Positions 24,849 through 37,700 of a DNA stretch of 64,000 nucleotides are shown here, in pieces (within the stretch, counting starts at the first letter, position 1; each line of letters starts with the position of its first letter). The notes under the pieces were generated by a model. The model saw only the letters and a list, made by a program, of their open reading frames with translations, did not search any database and was not told the DNA's origin. Position numbers and translations under genes: made by a program. The stretch is from Macrostomum lignano. Taxonomy: Eukaryota. The DNA lies in NCBI GenBank assembly GCA_002269645.1, contig NIVC01000317.1, positions 395,705 through 459,704 of the forward strand. The letters are read 5' to 3'.

Positions 24849-25821
24849 TCACAATGTTAACAAGAGCGCCGCAGCTGAGCAACAAAGTGTTAATGCCAAT
24901 GTGGCCACGGGTGTCGCTGCCGATCCGACATTTCCACCGACAGCTCCATCGCCTTTGCCGATAGCGCCGTTGGTTTGATCCAGATCGAGCCTTCGAGTCA
25001 GCTGAGGCTGCTGCTGCTGCAGCTGAAACCAACTGGAAGGCGAGAGCTTTGTTGAACCGCCACCATCGGATCCTGATGAAGACGACGACGACGGAGACGC
25101 AAGGCCGACGGGAACGAGCAGAGCGGCACGCAGATGCGCCAGCTCCGGCTCCAGCGACACCGCGGTAGCGCGGCCAGCAACCAGAGAAGCCAGCAGGCGC
25201 AGGTAGCGCATGCAAAAGTCAGCCGCGCTGCTAACGCCACCGTTGCTCGTCGTTGAGTCGCGCAAGCGGACCAGGACGCCGCCGCCGACGCCGGGCGTCT
25301 GCTTGACGGCCTCCAGCACGCAGGCATCGTCGCCGACGATCCGACGCAGCACGCTGGTGAGCACGCGGCCCCAGTCGGCCGGGGCTTGAACCCCGGCGGT
25401 GCGGAGAACGGCCAAGCGGGCGGGGCTGCCGCCGAGTCCCAGGTACAGTCCCGGCGACTGCTCCCGGCCCGGCTTCGGCGCACAGACGAGCTCGCCAAGC
25501 TCCGAACACTCGCAACCGGGCCTCGGCGATTGCCGTCCTGCGAACGCGCGGCCTCCGCCGCCGACGCACAGTGCGTCCGTCTGCACCGCCGCGAGGGCGC
25601 CGGCTGGATGCACACTCCGCAGTCGGTGCCGCTGCTGCCGACTTCGTCAACTTCGACGCATCGACAGATTCGATCGCAGGATGCGTGGGCCGTTGAGTTG
25701 CCGAGCTGCGAGGCCAGCTGCTCCAGCAGCAGCGGCCGGCCCGACGGCAGGCCGTGTCGGCGCTGGCGGCCGCAGACGTCGCTACCGGAGACGCCAGACA
25801 CCGGAAGATGGGTCTCGGAGC
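24849..25821 (-). CDS. GFRalpha/GAS1-family protein: last exon with RECK-like Cys modules, C-terminal domain and GPI-type hydrophobic tail (one frameshift near 25580-25620)
   Basis: cccgccag|GC: DVCGRQ...SCDRICRC...CGVC, then in a shifted frame ALCVGGGGRAFAG...GCECSELGELVC...DFCMRYLRLLASLV...TPVATLALTLCCSAAALLLTL*. Confidence 0.75.
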
Positions 25822-26019
25822 CTGGCGGGATGAGGGGGTTTGGAACGACATGATGATCGATCTCATCACCTGATTAATCTCATCTCAGCACTTTTATTCG
25901 TGTTTACTAATGTAAAATAAAGTAGTGGTCAGTAAGCCGCTATGCGCGTCTTCTACATGTACTTTATTATAGGCGTGTCCAGAAGTGAGAGTATGAGTTA
26001 CTTACAAGCGTACGACCAA

Positions 26020-26200
26020 AGCAACAAGATCACGTGACCTTCAAACCACCCAAGACCAACGCAAACAAAATCACGTGACCTTCAAACCACCCAAGACCAA
26101 CGCAAACAAAATCACGTGACCTTCAAACCAACCAAGACCAACGCAAACAAAATCACGTGACCTTCAAACCACCCGAGACCGACGCAAACAAGATCACGTG
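26020..26200. repeat. 41-bp intronic minisatellite containing CACGTG
   Basis: CACGTGACC recurs at 26031, 26072 and onward; 4-5 copies. Confidence 0.9.
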
Positions 26201-26206
26201 ACTCAC

Positions 26207-26740
26207 GCAGGCATCGAGGGTTTGACAGTGTGGTACGGATTCCCTCGCAAATTTCTCGCATCTTGCCGGGTCCCAGCCGGCTGTCGGATCGCTGGCTGCA
26301 GGAGCATCGCTGAGTCAGGATGGTGCCGAGCAGAAGCCGGCGCACCAGGTGGCACTCGATGGGCGGGGCTGAGCACTGGTTGGCGCTGCAGATCCGTTCG
26401 TGATGCGCGTACTTGGCCAAGCAGTTGTTGCTGTTCTGGCAGGTCTCGTACAGCTGGATGCAGGACCGGCCACCCGGCCGGGTCACCTCGTAGGCGCAGC
26501 GCGGCCGGAATGCCTCCAGCTGCTGCAGACAGTCGGTATCGTCCGAATGGCACTGGCAGGTGGCGGCGTCTTTGGCAAAGCTGTCCGCGTAGGAGTAGAA
26601 GGCCTCGAGCTGGGTCAGGCAGAAGCTGTAGTTCACGCAGGCGTTTGAGCGCCACTCGCAGGCCTCGCGCAGGGCTGTGAACCGCTGCAGGCAGTTGTAG
26701 TGCCGGGCGCAGCCGCGGTACACGTCGAAACAGTTCGCGG
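26207..26740 (-). CDS. GFRalpha/GAS1-family protein: domains 3 and 4
   Basis: ANCFDVYRGCARHYNCLQRFTALREAC...CQC...RPRC; SCIQLYETCQNSNNCLAKYAHHERIC...CSC...CEGIRTTLSNPRCL; acceptor cctccgtcag|, donor C|gtgagt; 534 nt. Confidence 0.9.
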
Positions 26741-26784
26741 CTGACGGAGGAGTGGGTGGGTGGAGAGATTCTTGACTGTTGGCG

Positions 26785-27387
26785 GTTGACGGTTGGCTCA
26801 CCTAAACTCTCTGCAATTTCTCAGCTCTCGTTGGTCGGTGGCTCACCCACCTCACTCCCTGCCCTTTCTCAGCTCTCGTTGGTCGGTGGCTCACCCACCT
26901 CACTCCCTGTCGTTTCTCAGATCTCATTGGTCGGTGGCTCTACCACCTCACTCCCTGTCCTTTCTCAGATCTCATTGGTCGGTGGCTCTACCACCTCACT
27001 CCCTGTCCTTTCTCAGATCTCATTGGTCGGTGGCTCTACCACCTCACTCCCTGTCGTTTCTCAGCTCTCGTTGGTCGGTGGCTCACCCACCTCACTCCCT
27101 GTCGTTTCTCAGATCTCATTGGTCGGTGGCTCTACCACCTCACTCCCTGTCCTTTCTCAGATCTCATTGGTCGGTGGCTCTACCACCTCACTCCCTGTCC
27201 TTTCTCAGATCTCATTGGTCGGTGGCTCTACCACCTCACTCCCTGTCGTTTCTCAGCTCTCGTTGGTCGGTGGCTCACCCACCTCACTCCCTGTCGTTTC
27301 TCAGATCTCATTGGTCGGTGGCTCTACCACCTCACTCCCTGTCCTTTCTCAGATCTCATTGGTCGGTGGCTCTACCACCTCACTCCC
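26785..27387. repeat. 48-bp intronic minisatellite
   Basis: GGTCGGTGGC at 26881 and 26929 (period 48); about 12 copies in two alternating variants. Confidence 0.95.
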
Positions 27388-27525
27388 GTCGTTGTTTATT
27401 TACTAAACGTTTACTAAATGAGTTACTTTCAAGCGTACGACCATTTACTAAATAATTTACTAAACGTTATTTTTTGGTTTTCTATTCACCAGGGCCCTGC
27501 TAACTTGTCCAATACAAAGACCTAC

Positions 27526-27723
27526 GTTTAATTGGCTCGTAAGCTGGCGAAAGCGGCGGTGAAAGAGGCGGCGGTGGCTGCGGTACAGGTGCCCTCGATC
27601 CCGGTGCTCGCGATGGAGGCGGGGGCGGCGGCGGAGCCAGAGGCTCCTCAGTGTCCTCTCCTTCTAGCTCTTGTCGAGGACGCAGTGGAACAAGTCCATT
27701 ATTGTACGCGTCATTGAAGTATC
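27526..27723 (-). CDS. GFRalpha/GAS1-family protein: proline-rich linker exon (not in the ORF track)
   Basis: tatgcag|GA TAC: YFNDAYNNGLVPLRPRQELEGEDTEEPLAPPPPPPPSRAPGSRAPVPQPPPPLSPPLSPAYEPIK; donor C|gtaggt; 198 nt, phase 1-1. Confidence 0.7.
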
Positions 27724-27904
27724 CTGCATAGAGAAATGATTTGCAAACAAATACATTTATATTATTATGACAGTTTAGTATGTGGATGCATTCTAATGCA
27801 GAAATATTCTAAAGAGTCTTTGCAAGTTTTTAAAGCGTCTACTGACAAGTAGGATGAAACGCATGCACTGTTAAACTATAAAAATCTCGTTGATCCACTC
27901 GTTG

Positions 27905-28050
27905 AACCACACGCCAACCCTCCCACACGCCAACCCTCACACACCCCAACCCTCCCACACGCAAACCCTCCCACGCACCAACCCTCCTACACCCCACACC
28001 CCAACCCTCCCACGCACCAACCCTCCCACGCACCAACCCTCCCACGCACT
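27905..28050. repeat. ~16-bp intronic repeat AACCCTCCCACGCACC
   Basis: Direct inspection. Confidence 0.8.
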
Positions 28051-28090
28051 AGCTCTGAATTCCAGCCCACACAGCCGCACAAATCTCTCA

Positions 28091-28555
<465 letters not shown>

Positions 28556-28609
28556 TTAGGGAATGGGTTTTCTTGTGAATGCATGAAATGAAGAGTTTCC
28601 GAGAATTCA

Positions 28610-29165
28610 GTTTCTTAGAATCAAAGGTGCTCCTAGAGTGTAGGTTTTCTTAGAAAAGAAGACTGCCCTAGAACGTAGGTTTTCTTAGAAAAGAAGGTTG
28701 CCCTAGAATGTAGGTTTTCTTAGAAAAGAAGGTTGCCCTAGAATGTAGGTTTTCTTAGAAAAGAAGATGGCCCTAGAATGTAGGTTTTCTTAGAAAAGAA
28801 GGTTGCCCTAGAATGTACGAGGTTTGTACGAGACCTCGTACAAAGGTCTCGAACAAGGTACCTACGAATGTACGAGACTAGAATGTCTCGTAGGTTTTCT
28901 TAGAAAAGAAGATTGCCCTAGAATGTAGGTTTTCTTAGAAAAGAAGATTGCCCTAGAATGTAGGTTTTCTTAGAAAAGAAGATTGCCCTAGAATGTAGGT
29001 TTTCTTAGAAAAGAAGATTGCCCTAGAATGTAGGTTTTCTTAGAAAAGAAGGTCGTCCTAGAATTTTGGTTTTCTTAGAAAAAGCTTTCTTGGAATGAAA
29101 GATTTCTTAGAATACAAGCTTTGTTAGAATAAAAGGTTTCTTAAAATAAAAGGTGTCTTAGAATA
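28610..29165. repeat. 35-bp minisatellite GTTTTCTTAGAAAAGAAGATTGCCCTAGAATGTAG, interrupted at 28818-28890
   Basis: Period 35 (28921, 28956). Confidence 0.92.
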
Positions 29166-29499
29166 AATCGAGTTTTTTTTAATAGAAGTCTTTCAGAACG
29201 CTCCTTTTTAGCACCTCTACTAGAAGTAGTCATTCAATGTCAATTTTCTCTGTCCAAAAATAGTTTTCATTTTTATGCCACCGCTAAGTCATAAGCCTCT
29301 GTAAATCATTTTCGAAGGAAAAACAGGGATCAGAACCGACATGAAAAACTTTCTTTTGAAATTAATTTTTTTGCAAAACAGTGAAAAATGAAACCAACTG
29401 TCACCACACTCCACGATACCTGAATTGGAGAAAATTTGGTAAATATTTGGAAACTTTCTTGAGTTTTCTCTTATTGCAGTTATTTTGCGGGTTCTAGAT

Positions 29500-30835
29500 C
29501 TCTCAGTCTGACTCTCACCCCGATCTCCCTCAGCTCTCATCTCCCACCCAGTCTGATTCTCACCCCAATCTCCCTCAGCTCTCATCTCCCACCCAGTCTG
29601 ATTCTCACCCCGATCTCCCTCAGCTCTTATCTCCCACTCAGTCTGACTCTCACCCCAATCTCTCACCCCGATCTCCCTCAGCTCTCATCTCCCACCCAGT
29701 CTGACTCTCACCCCGATCTCCCTCAGCTCTCATCTCCCACCCAGTCTGATTCTCACCCCGATCTCCCTCAGCTCTCATCTCCCACTCAGTCTGACTCTCA
29801 CCCCAATCTCCCTCAGCTCTCATCTCCCACCCAGTCTGATTCTCACCCCAATCTCCCTCAGCTCTCATCTCCCACCCAGTCTGATTCTCACCCCAATCTC
29901 CCTCAGCTCTCATCTCCCACCCAGTCTGATTCTCACCCCAATCTCCCTCAGCTCTCATCTCCCACCCAGTCTGATTCTCACCCCGATCTCCCTCAGCTCT
30001 CATCTCCCACCCAGTCTGATTCTCACCCCGATCTCCCTCAGCTCTCATCTCCCACCCAGTCTGATTCTCACCCCGATCTTCCTCAGCTCTCATCTCCCAC
30101 CCAGTCTGATTCTCACCCCGATCTCCCTCAGCTCTCATCTCCCACCCAGTCTGATTCTCACCCCAATCTCCCTCAGCTCTCATCTCCCACCCCGTCTGAT
30201 TCTCACCCCGATCTCCCTCAGCTCTCATCTCCCACCCAGTCTGATTCTCACCCCGATCTTCCTCAGCTCTCATCTCCCACCCAGTCTGATTCTCACCCCG
30301 ATCTCCCTCAGCTCTCATCTCCCACCCAGTCTGATTCTCACCCCAATCTCCCTCAGCTCTCATCTCCCACCCAGTCTGATTCTCACCCCGATCTTCCTCA
30401 GCTCCCGACTCCCACCCAGTCTGATTCTCACCCCGATCTTCCTCAGCTCCCGACTCCCACCCAGTCTGATTCTCACCCCGATCTTCCTCAGCTCCCGACT
30501 CCCACCAAGTCTGATTCTCACCCCGATCTCCCTCAGCTCTCATCTCCCACCAAGTCTGATTCTCACCCCAATCTCCCTCAGCTCTCATCTCCCACCCAGT
30601 CTGATTCTCACCCCAATCTCTCACCCCGATCTCCCTCAGCTCTCATCTCCCACCCAGTCTGATTCTCACCCCAATCTCTCACCCCGATCTCCCTCAGCTC
30701 TCATCTCCCACCCAGTCTGATTCTCACCCCAATCTCTCACCCCGATCTCCCTCAGCTCTCATCTCCCACCAAGTCTGATTCTCACCCCGATCTCCCTCAG
30801 CTCCCGTCTCCTACCCAGTCTGACTCTCACCCCTC
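29500..30835. repeat. 45-bp minisatellite CAGTCTGATTCTCACCCCGATCTCCCTCAGCTCTCATCTCCCACC
   Basis: About 29 copies; source of the GWEMRAEG pseudo-ORF. Confidence 0.96.
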
Positions 30836-31254
30836 ACCCCACTTTCCCTCTTGTATGTTTTGAACATCCTGTTGAAAAAACACAAACCTGGTTCACACGA
30901 ATCGAAGTGACTTATCTCAGGCCTAAGCCGGCTGGCTCACGCAAAGGGAATGCGGACGGTAAGCTCGCTCACTCGGACAGTTGGACAGTCGGACACTAAT
31001 CATAAGTGGAACAATCCAGGAAGATTGACAGTTGAAGCTGCCCCCCTGCTGCGGTTAATTGCCTAATTAATTATCTTGGTTGAGACTCAGCAGAAAAATT
31101 CCGGTGGGTTTTGCTTCCCTAATTAGTGGCTGCCTTGTATAGAAATTTATTGCTAAGTCTCGAGTCAAATCTGTGCAATCATGCATCGATTTTTCCTGAA
31201 GCAATTGTCATGGAATGTTGCCGTTCACTGATTTCCAGTCTACTATCTTCGGTG

Positions 31255-31640
31255 ATCTCACAGCCAGTGACCTCACACCCAGTGACCCCACACCCTGTGA
31301 CCTCACACCCAGTGACCCCACAGCCAGTGACCCCACACCCAGTGACTCCACACCCAGTGACCCCACACCCAGTGACCCCACACCCAGTGACCCCACACCC
31401 AGTGACTCCACACCCAGTGACCCCACACCCAGTGACCCCACACCCAGTGACCCCACACCCAGTGACCCCACACCCAGTGACCCCACAACCAGTGACCCCA
31501 CACCCAGTGACCCCACTCTAAGTGACCCCACACCCAGTGACCCCACACCCAGTGACCCCACACCCAATGACTCACATCCAATGATCGCACACACAGTGAC
31601 CTCACTCCCATTCAGTGACCCCACATTTAGTGACCCATAT
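31255..31640. repeat. 15-bp minisatellite CCAGTGACCCCACAC
   Basis: About 22 copies. Confidence 0.94.
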
Positions 31641-32194
31641 CCAGAGACCTCGCCCTCAGTGATCCACAACCAGCGACCCCATTACATCCCGTGACCCCGT
31701 GCCCACACACTCAAGGGACACCCACACGCGGTGACCCCTTTGTCGGCAAATCAATGCGTTTCTACTTTCCAACAGAATGAATGGCAGCAGCGGTCTGATC
31801 TCACGGAGCTGCATCGCCTTGGGGATAAAGGGGAAAATTTATTCAGCTTTTCTTCGCCTTATTCGAGGACTTCGGATGAGTTAATAATGCAGCTGAATTA
31901 AAACTGGGGCTGAGCACTATTTGGCGAAGAAAATTTATGGTCCAAATTTTGTACATAACAGATTTGCCTCTTCAAGCAAGCAGCCCTGCACATGTCCTCT
32001 TTACCGCTTCAAATATGCTTTCAAGTCCGAGCCGCTTCATCAATGAAAGCTGGGGACAAGCTTGGGAAAACTATTGAAAGGAAAATGTCCTTCAAACAGT
32101 GAGCGACCGGCTTAAATTGGAATTCTTAACGAGCTCTCAAACTCTTGCCAATCTAGGGGTCGGTTGTTAAAGAACTCTCAGTGGCTGGCGAAAA

Positions 32195-32660
32195 TGTTTA
32201 CTAGAAACGTTCCTAGAAACGCTAGTTTCCTAGAAAAGTTAGTTTCCTAGAAATGTTAGTTTTCTAGAAACGTTAGTTTCCTAGAAACGTTAGTTTCCTA
32301 GAAACGTTAGTTTCCTAGAAACGTTAGTTTCCTACAAACGTTAGTTTCCTACAAACGTTAGTTTCCTAGAAACGTTAGTTTCCTAGAAACGTTAGTTTCC
32401 TAGAAACGTTAGTTTCCTACAAACGTTAGTTTCCTACAAACGTTAGTTTCCTACAAACGTTAGTTTCCTACAAACGTTAGTTTCCTACAAACGTTAGTTT
32501 CCTATAAATTTTAGTTTCCTAGAAATGTTAGTCTCCTAGAAGCCGTAGTTTCATAGAAACGCTAGTTTCCTGTAAACAGTAGCTTTCTAGAAACGCTAGC
32601 TTCCCTAAACGGTAGTTTCTTAGAAATGATAGTTTTCTAGAAACAGTAGTTTTTTTCCTA
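32195..32660. repeat. 17-bp minisatellite AGTTTCCTAGAAACGTT
   Basis: About 25 copies. Confidence 0.93.
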
Positions 32661-33354
32661 GTAGAAGGTGGTAGTTCTTAGAAACTTTCTGCTCTCTGCT
32701 CCCCGCTTTGCTATCCAACCACACACTTCCCCGCCCCCTAGCGCAGTCAGTTGAACCCGAAGCACCGAAGCGCTGGTCAATCTTCACAGCTGGCTGAAGT
32801 CAACCGGCTGTCAGTCAGGCAGCCAGCAGCTGCTGCTGGCCCATTTTGGCACCAATTTTCAATAATGACCCGCTAGCACAGGAATAGAGAAGGGGTGGCA
32901 GCGGAGCCAAGGTCACGCTACACAGCCAGCAGATTCGGGTTTAGAATCCCTATTAACTCTTGAATGCTGGGGAATTTCTGTGGCAGTGCAGACTAGCGGA
33001 TTTACATGTTTTCAGGCTTGCCCGAGGTCGGTAGGGGGTTGTCGCACGATTCACACACATGAGGACCAACCCACAAGACACAGAGAGTGTACATTGTCAG
33101 TGCCGCTGTACACCCTGTGTGAGCCGTTTGTATGAGTGCATGACTGCGTAAAGAATGGGCCCCTTGGGGTCATCCTAGAAAGAAAATTTTCTAAAAACGT
33201 TTGTTACCTGCAGTATTCTATGAATTTGTGAAATGGCTTAATTCTTTACTTTGAAGAAAAACTTGCAACGTCCATAGCTAAATACTACAATGTCCTTGAA
33301 AATGAAATCTTTTTTTTCTGCCAGCATTGTGTTCTTAAAGCACTAGTTTTAAAA

Positions 33355-33715
33355 AATAGTCGTTTCCTAAAAACGCTAGTTTCCTCGAAACGCCAGTTTC
33401 CCAGAAACGCTAGTTTCCCAGAAACGCCAGTTTCCCAGAAACGGTAGTTTCTCAGAAATGATAGTTTTTTAGAAGGTGGTAGTTTTTCCCAGACACTTTC
33501 TTTTGAAAGACCGTTTTAAAATCCTAGAAACAGTAGTTTCCTAGAAACAGTAGTTTCCTAGAAACAGTAGTTTCCTAGAAACAGTAGTTTCCTAGAAACA
33601 GTAGTTTCCTAGAAACAGTAGTTTCCTAGAAACGGTAGTTTCCTAGAAACAGTAGTTTCCTAGAAACAGTAGTTTCCTAGAAACAGTAGTTTCCTAGAAA
33701 AACTTCCTAGAAAAC
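33355..33715. repeat. 17-bp minisatellite AGTTTCCTAGAAACAGT (sister of 32195-32660)
   Basis: Two sub-blocks, same orientation as the upstream sister array. Confidence 0.92.
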
Positions 33716-34413
33716 AAAAGTTCCCTCAAGCCATAGAAAGAATGCAATTAAACTGTCAAACGAAGGGCGAGAAACTCTACACGTAGACTTTTAAACAGAC
33801 GCCTCAGCCAGGCGTGAAGCTGCTACCAATCAATCGATAATGAGACTGCACAGAACAAAAATTCCTATGGATATTCGTGTCATTGATTTTCCTTTCTCCC
33901 GACCTAATCACGCGCAAGCCAGTTATGCCGGCATGGCGATCCCCAATATCAGCAGCGAACCGGTGAGTCTCTGCCAACCTGTTCGAATGCGGAACAGCAC
34001 GAGTGGGGAAAAATTTTTTGTTCGGGTCCACTCGCCAGTGCCTCATTAGCCATGGGCCGCTTAGAGAGGCTGGGGGGGAGGCGCCGTATGCAAAGTAAGA
34101 CGGATTACGTAATCTAAAAAGTAGTCTGCGTAAATTTAGTGTAGAAGAATTTCTCTTTTTAAAAGAAAACCCCTTGCCTTGTATCTGAGGCAGAAATGCA
34201 AAGTGAATAGGGGTGGGGGGTGGGGCAGTCTGGCATTTCAGGCAGCTGCTTTTGATGTCTTTGAGTCCGGGGCTTCACAGGACCTGCCGCCTCATCGCGA
34301 GCTAAATAAGTTTAATTCAATTAGGCTGTGAACGAAATCAATTTTGCCTTGTCACGAATTTCGCATGCTTTCACTACCGAGTGATTGAGTGAATTGGGAA
34401 AGACACCACCTAC

Positions 34414-34635
34414 CTGTGATGAGCGGCTGCACCTGCGGCGCCCGCCTCGGAGGGTCCGGCAGGCAGGCGTGCTCAAAGATGAACCGCCAGATGCTCATGC
34501 AGCGCTGGTAGTTGCTGCTAGTGTCGATGGTTGCCGGGCAGAAACAGTTGAAGATTCGCTCCATTGCTGGCAGGTTTTTCAGGTGCTCGCGGCAGATCTC
34601 TAGAGATGACTGGCTCTGCAGCTGGCAGTACTGGT
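34414..34635 (-). CDS. GFRalpha/GAS1-family protein: second half of domain 1
   Basis: ctgcag|AC: (Y)[73 protein letters not shown]; donor G|gtaggt; completes the Cys pattern with CxC and a terminal N/H-x-C; 222 nt. Confidence 0.82.
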
Positions 34636-34721
34636 CTGCAGTGTGAGTTCGGGGTGGAGCTGCCTTGGCAACAGAGCGATGATGGGACTGGTGATTGGCA
34701 TCAGCTGATTAAGATCTGCTG

Positions 34722-34788
34722 ATTGGGATCTGCTGATTGGGATCTGCTGATTGGGATCTGCTGATTGGGATCTGCTGATTGGGATCTA
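34722..34788. repeat. 14-bp repeat GCTGATTGGGATCT
   Basis: About 5 copies flanking the large satellite. Confidence 0.85.
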
Positions 34789-34796
34789 GTTCTAAT

Positions 34797-37700
34797 CCTG
34801 ACTCTTCGTGACTTTTCCTGACTCTTCCTGACTCTTCCTGACTCTTCCTGACTCTTCCTGACTCTTCCTGACTCTTCCTGACTCTTCCAGTCTCTTCCTG
34901 ACTCTTCCTGACTCTTCCTGACTCTTCCTGACTCTTCCAGTCTCTTCCTGACTCTTCCAGTCTCTTCCTGACTCTTCCAGTCTCTTTCTGACTCTTCCAG
35001 TCTCTTCCTGACTCTTCCTGACTCTTCCTGACTCTTCCTGACTCTTCCTGACTCTTCCAGTCTCTTCCTGACTCTTCCAGTCTCTTCCTGACTCTTCCAG
35101 TCTCTTTCTGACTCTTTCAGTCTCTTCCTGACTCTTCCTGACTCTTCCTGACTCTTCCAGTCTCTTCCTGACTCTTCCTGACTCTTCCTGACTCTTCCTG
35201 ACTCTTCCAGTCTCTTCCTGACTCTTCCTGACTCTTCCTGAATCTTCCTGACTCTTCCTGACTCCTCCTGACTCTTCCTGACTCCTCCTGACTCTTCCTG
35301 ACTCTTCCTGACTCTTCCTGACTCTTCCTGACTCTTCCTGACTCTTCCAGTCTCTTCCAGTCTCTTCCTGACTCTTCCTGACTCTTCCAGTCTCTTCCTG
35401 ACTCTTCCTGACTCTTCCAGTCTCTTCCTGACTCTTCCTGACTCTTCCTGAATCTTCCTGACTCTTCCTGACTCTTCCTGACTCTTCCTGACTCTTCCTG
35501 ACTCTTCCTGACTCTTCCAGTCTCTTCCTGACTCTTCCTGACTCTTCCAGTCTCCTCCTGACTCTTCCTGACTCTTCCTGACTCTTCCTGACTCTTCTCT
35601 GACTCTTCCTGGCTCTTCCTGACTCTTCCTGACTCTTCCTGACTCTTCCTGACTCCTCCTGACTCTTCCTGACTCTTCCTGACTCTTCCTGACTCCTCCT
35701 GACTCTTCCTGACTCCTCCTGACTCTTCCTGACTCTTCCTGACTCTTCCTGACTCTTCCTGACTCTTCCTGACTCTTCCAGTCTCTTCCAGTCTCTTCCT
35801 GACTCTTCCTGACTCTTCCAGTCTCTTCCTGACTCTTCCTGACTCTTCCTGAATCTTCCTGACTCTTCCTGACTCTTCCTGACTCTTCCTGACTCTTCCT
35901 GACTCTTCCTGACTCTTCCAGTCTCTTCCTGACTCTTCCTGACTCTTCCAGTCTCCTCCTGACTCTTCCTGACTCTTCCTGACTCTTCCTGACTCTTCTC
36001 TGACTCTTCCTGGCTCTTCCTGACTCTTCCTGACTCTTCCTGACTCTTCCTGACTCCTCCTGACTCTTCCTGACTCTTCCTGACTCTTCTCTGACTCTTC
36101 CTGACTCTTCCTGACTCTTCCAGTCTCCTCCTGACTCTTCCTGACTCTTCCTGACTCTTCCTGACTCTTCTCTGACTCTTCCTGACTCTTTCTGACTCTT
36201 CTCTGACTCTTCCTGACTCTTCCTGACTCTTCCTGACTCTTCCTGACTCCTCCTGACTCTTCCTGACTCTTCCTGACTCTTCTCTGACTCTACATGACTC
36301 TTCCTGACTCTTCCAGTCTCCTCCTGACTCTTCCTGACTCTTCCTGACTCTTCCTGACTCTTCTCTGACTCTTCCTGACTCTTCCTGACTCTTCTCTGAC
36401 TCTTCCTGACTCTTCCTGACTCTTCCTGACTCTTCCAGTCTCTTCCTGACTCTTCCTGACTCTTCCTGACTCTTCCTGACTCTTCCAGTCTCTTCCTGAC
36501 TCTTCCAGTCTCTTCCTGACTCTTCCAGTCTCTTCCTGACTCTTCCAGTCTCTTTCTGACTCTTCCAGTCTCTTCCTGACTCTTCCTGACTCTTCCTGAC
36601 TCTTCCTGACTCTTCCTGACTCTTCCAGTCTCTTCCTGACTCTTCCAGTCTCTTCCTGACTCTTCCAGTCTCTTTCTGACTCTTTCAGTCTCTTCCTGAC
36701 TCTTCCTGACTCTTCCTGACTCTTCCTGACTCTTCCTGACTCTTCCTGACTCTTCCTGACTCTTCCTGACTCTTCCAGTCTCTTCCTGACTCTTCCAGTC
36801 TCTTCCTGACTCTTCCAGTCTCTTTCTGACTCTTCCTGACTCTTCCAGTCTCTTCCTGACTCTTCCTGACTCTTCCAGTCTCTTCCTGACTCTTCCTGAC
36901 TCTTCCTGAATCTTCCTGACTCTTCCTGACTCTTCCTGACTCTTCCTGACTCTTCCTGACTCTTCCTGACTCTTCCAGTCTCTTCCTGACTCTTCCTGAC
37001 TCTTCCAGTCTCCTCCTGACTCTTCCTGACTCTTCCTGACTCTTCCTGACTCTTCTCTGACTCTTCCTGGCTCTTCCTGACTCTTCCTGACTCTTCCTGA
37101 CTCTTCCTGACTCCTCCTGACTCTTCCTGACTCTTCCTGACTCTTCCTGACTCCTCCTGACTCTTCCTGACTCCTCCTGACTCTTCCTGACTCTTCCTGA
37201 CTCTTCCTGACTCTTCCAGTCTCTTCCTGACTCTTCCTGACTCTTCCTGACTCTTCCAGTCTCTTCCTGACTCTTCCTGACTCTTCCTGACTCTTCCAGT
37301 CTCTTCCTGACTCTTCCTGACTCTTCCTGACTCTTCCTGACTCTTCCTGACTCTACCTGACTCTTCCTGACTCTACCTGACTCTTCCTGACTCTTCCTGA
37401 CTCTTCCTGACTCCTCCTGACTCTTCCTGACTCTTCCTGACTCTTCTCTGACTCTACATGACTCTTCCTGACTCTTCCAGTCTCCTCCTGACTCTTCCTG
37501 ACTCTTCTCTGACTCTTCCTGACTCTTCTCTGACTCTTCCTGACTCTTCCAGTCTCTTCCTGACTCTTCCTGACTCTTCCTGACTCCTCCTGACTCTTCC
37601 TGACTCTTCCTGACTCTTCCTGACTCTTCCTGACTCTTCCTGACTCTTCCAGTCTCCTCCTGACTCTTCCTGACTGTTCGTGACTCTTCCTGACTCTTCT

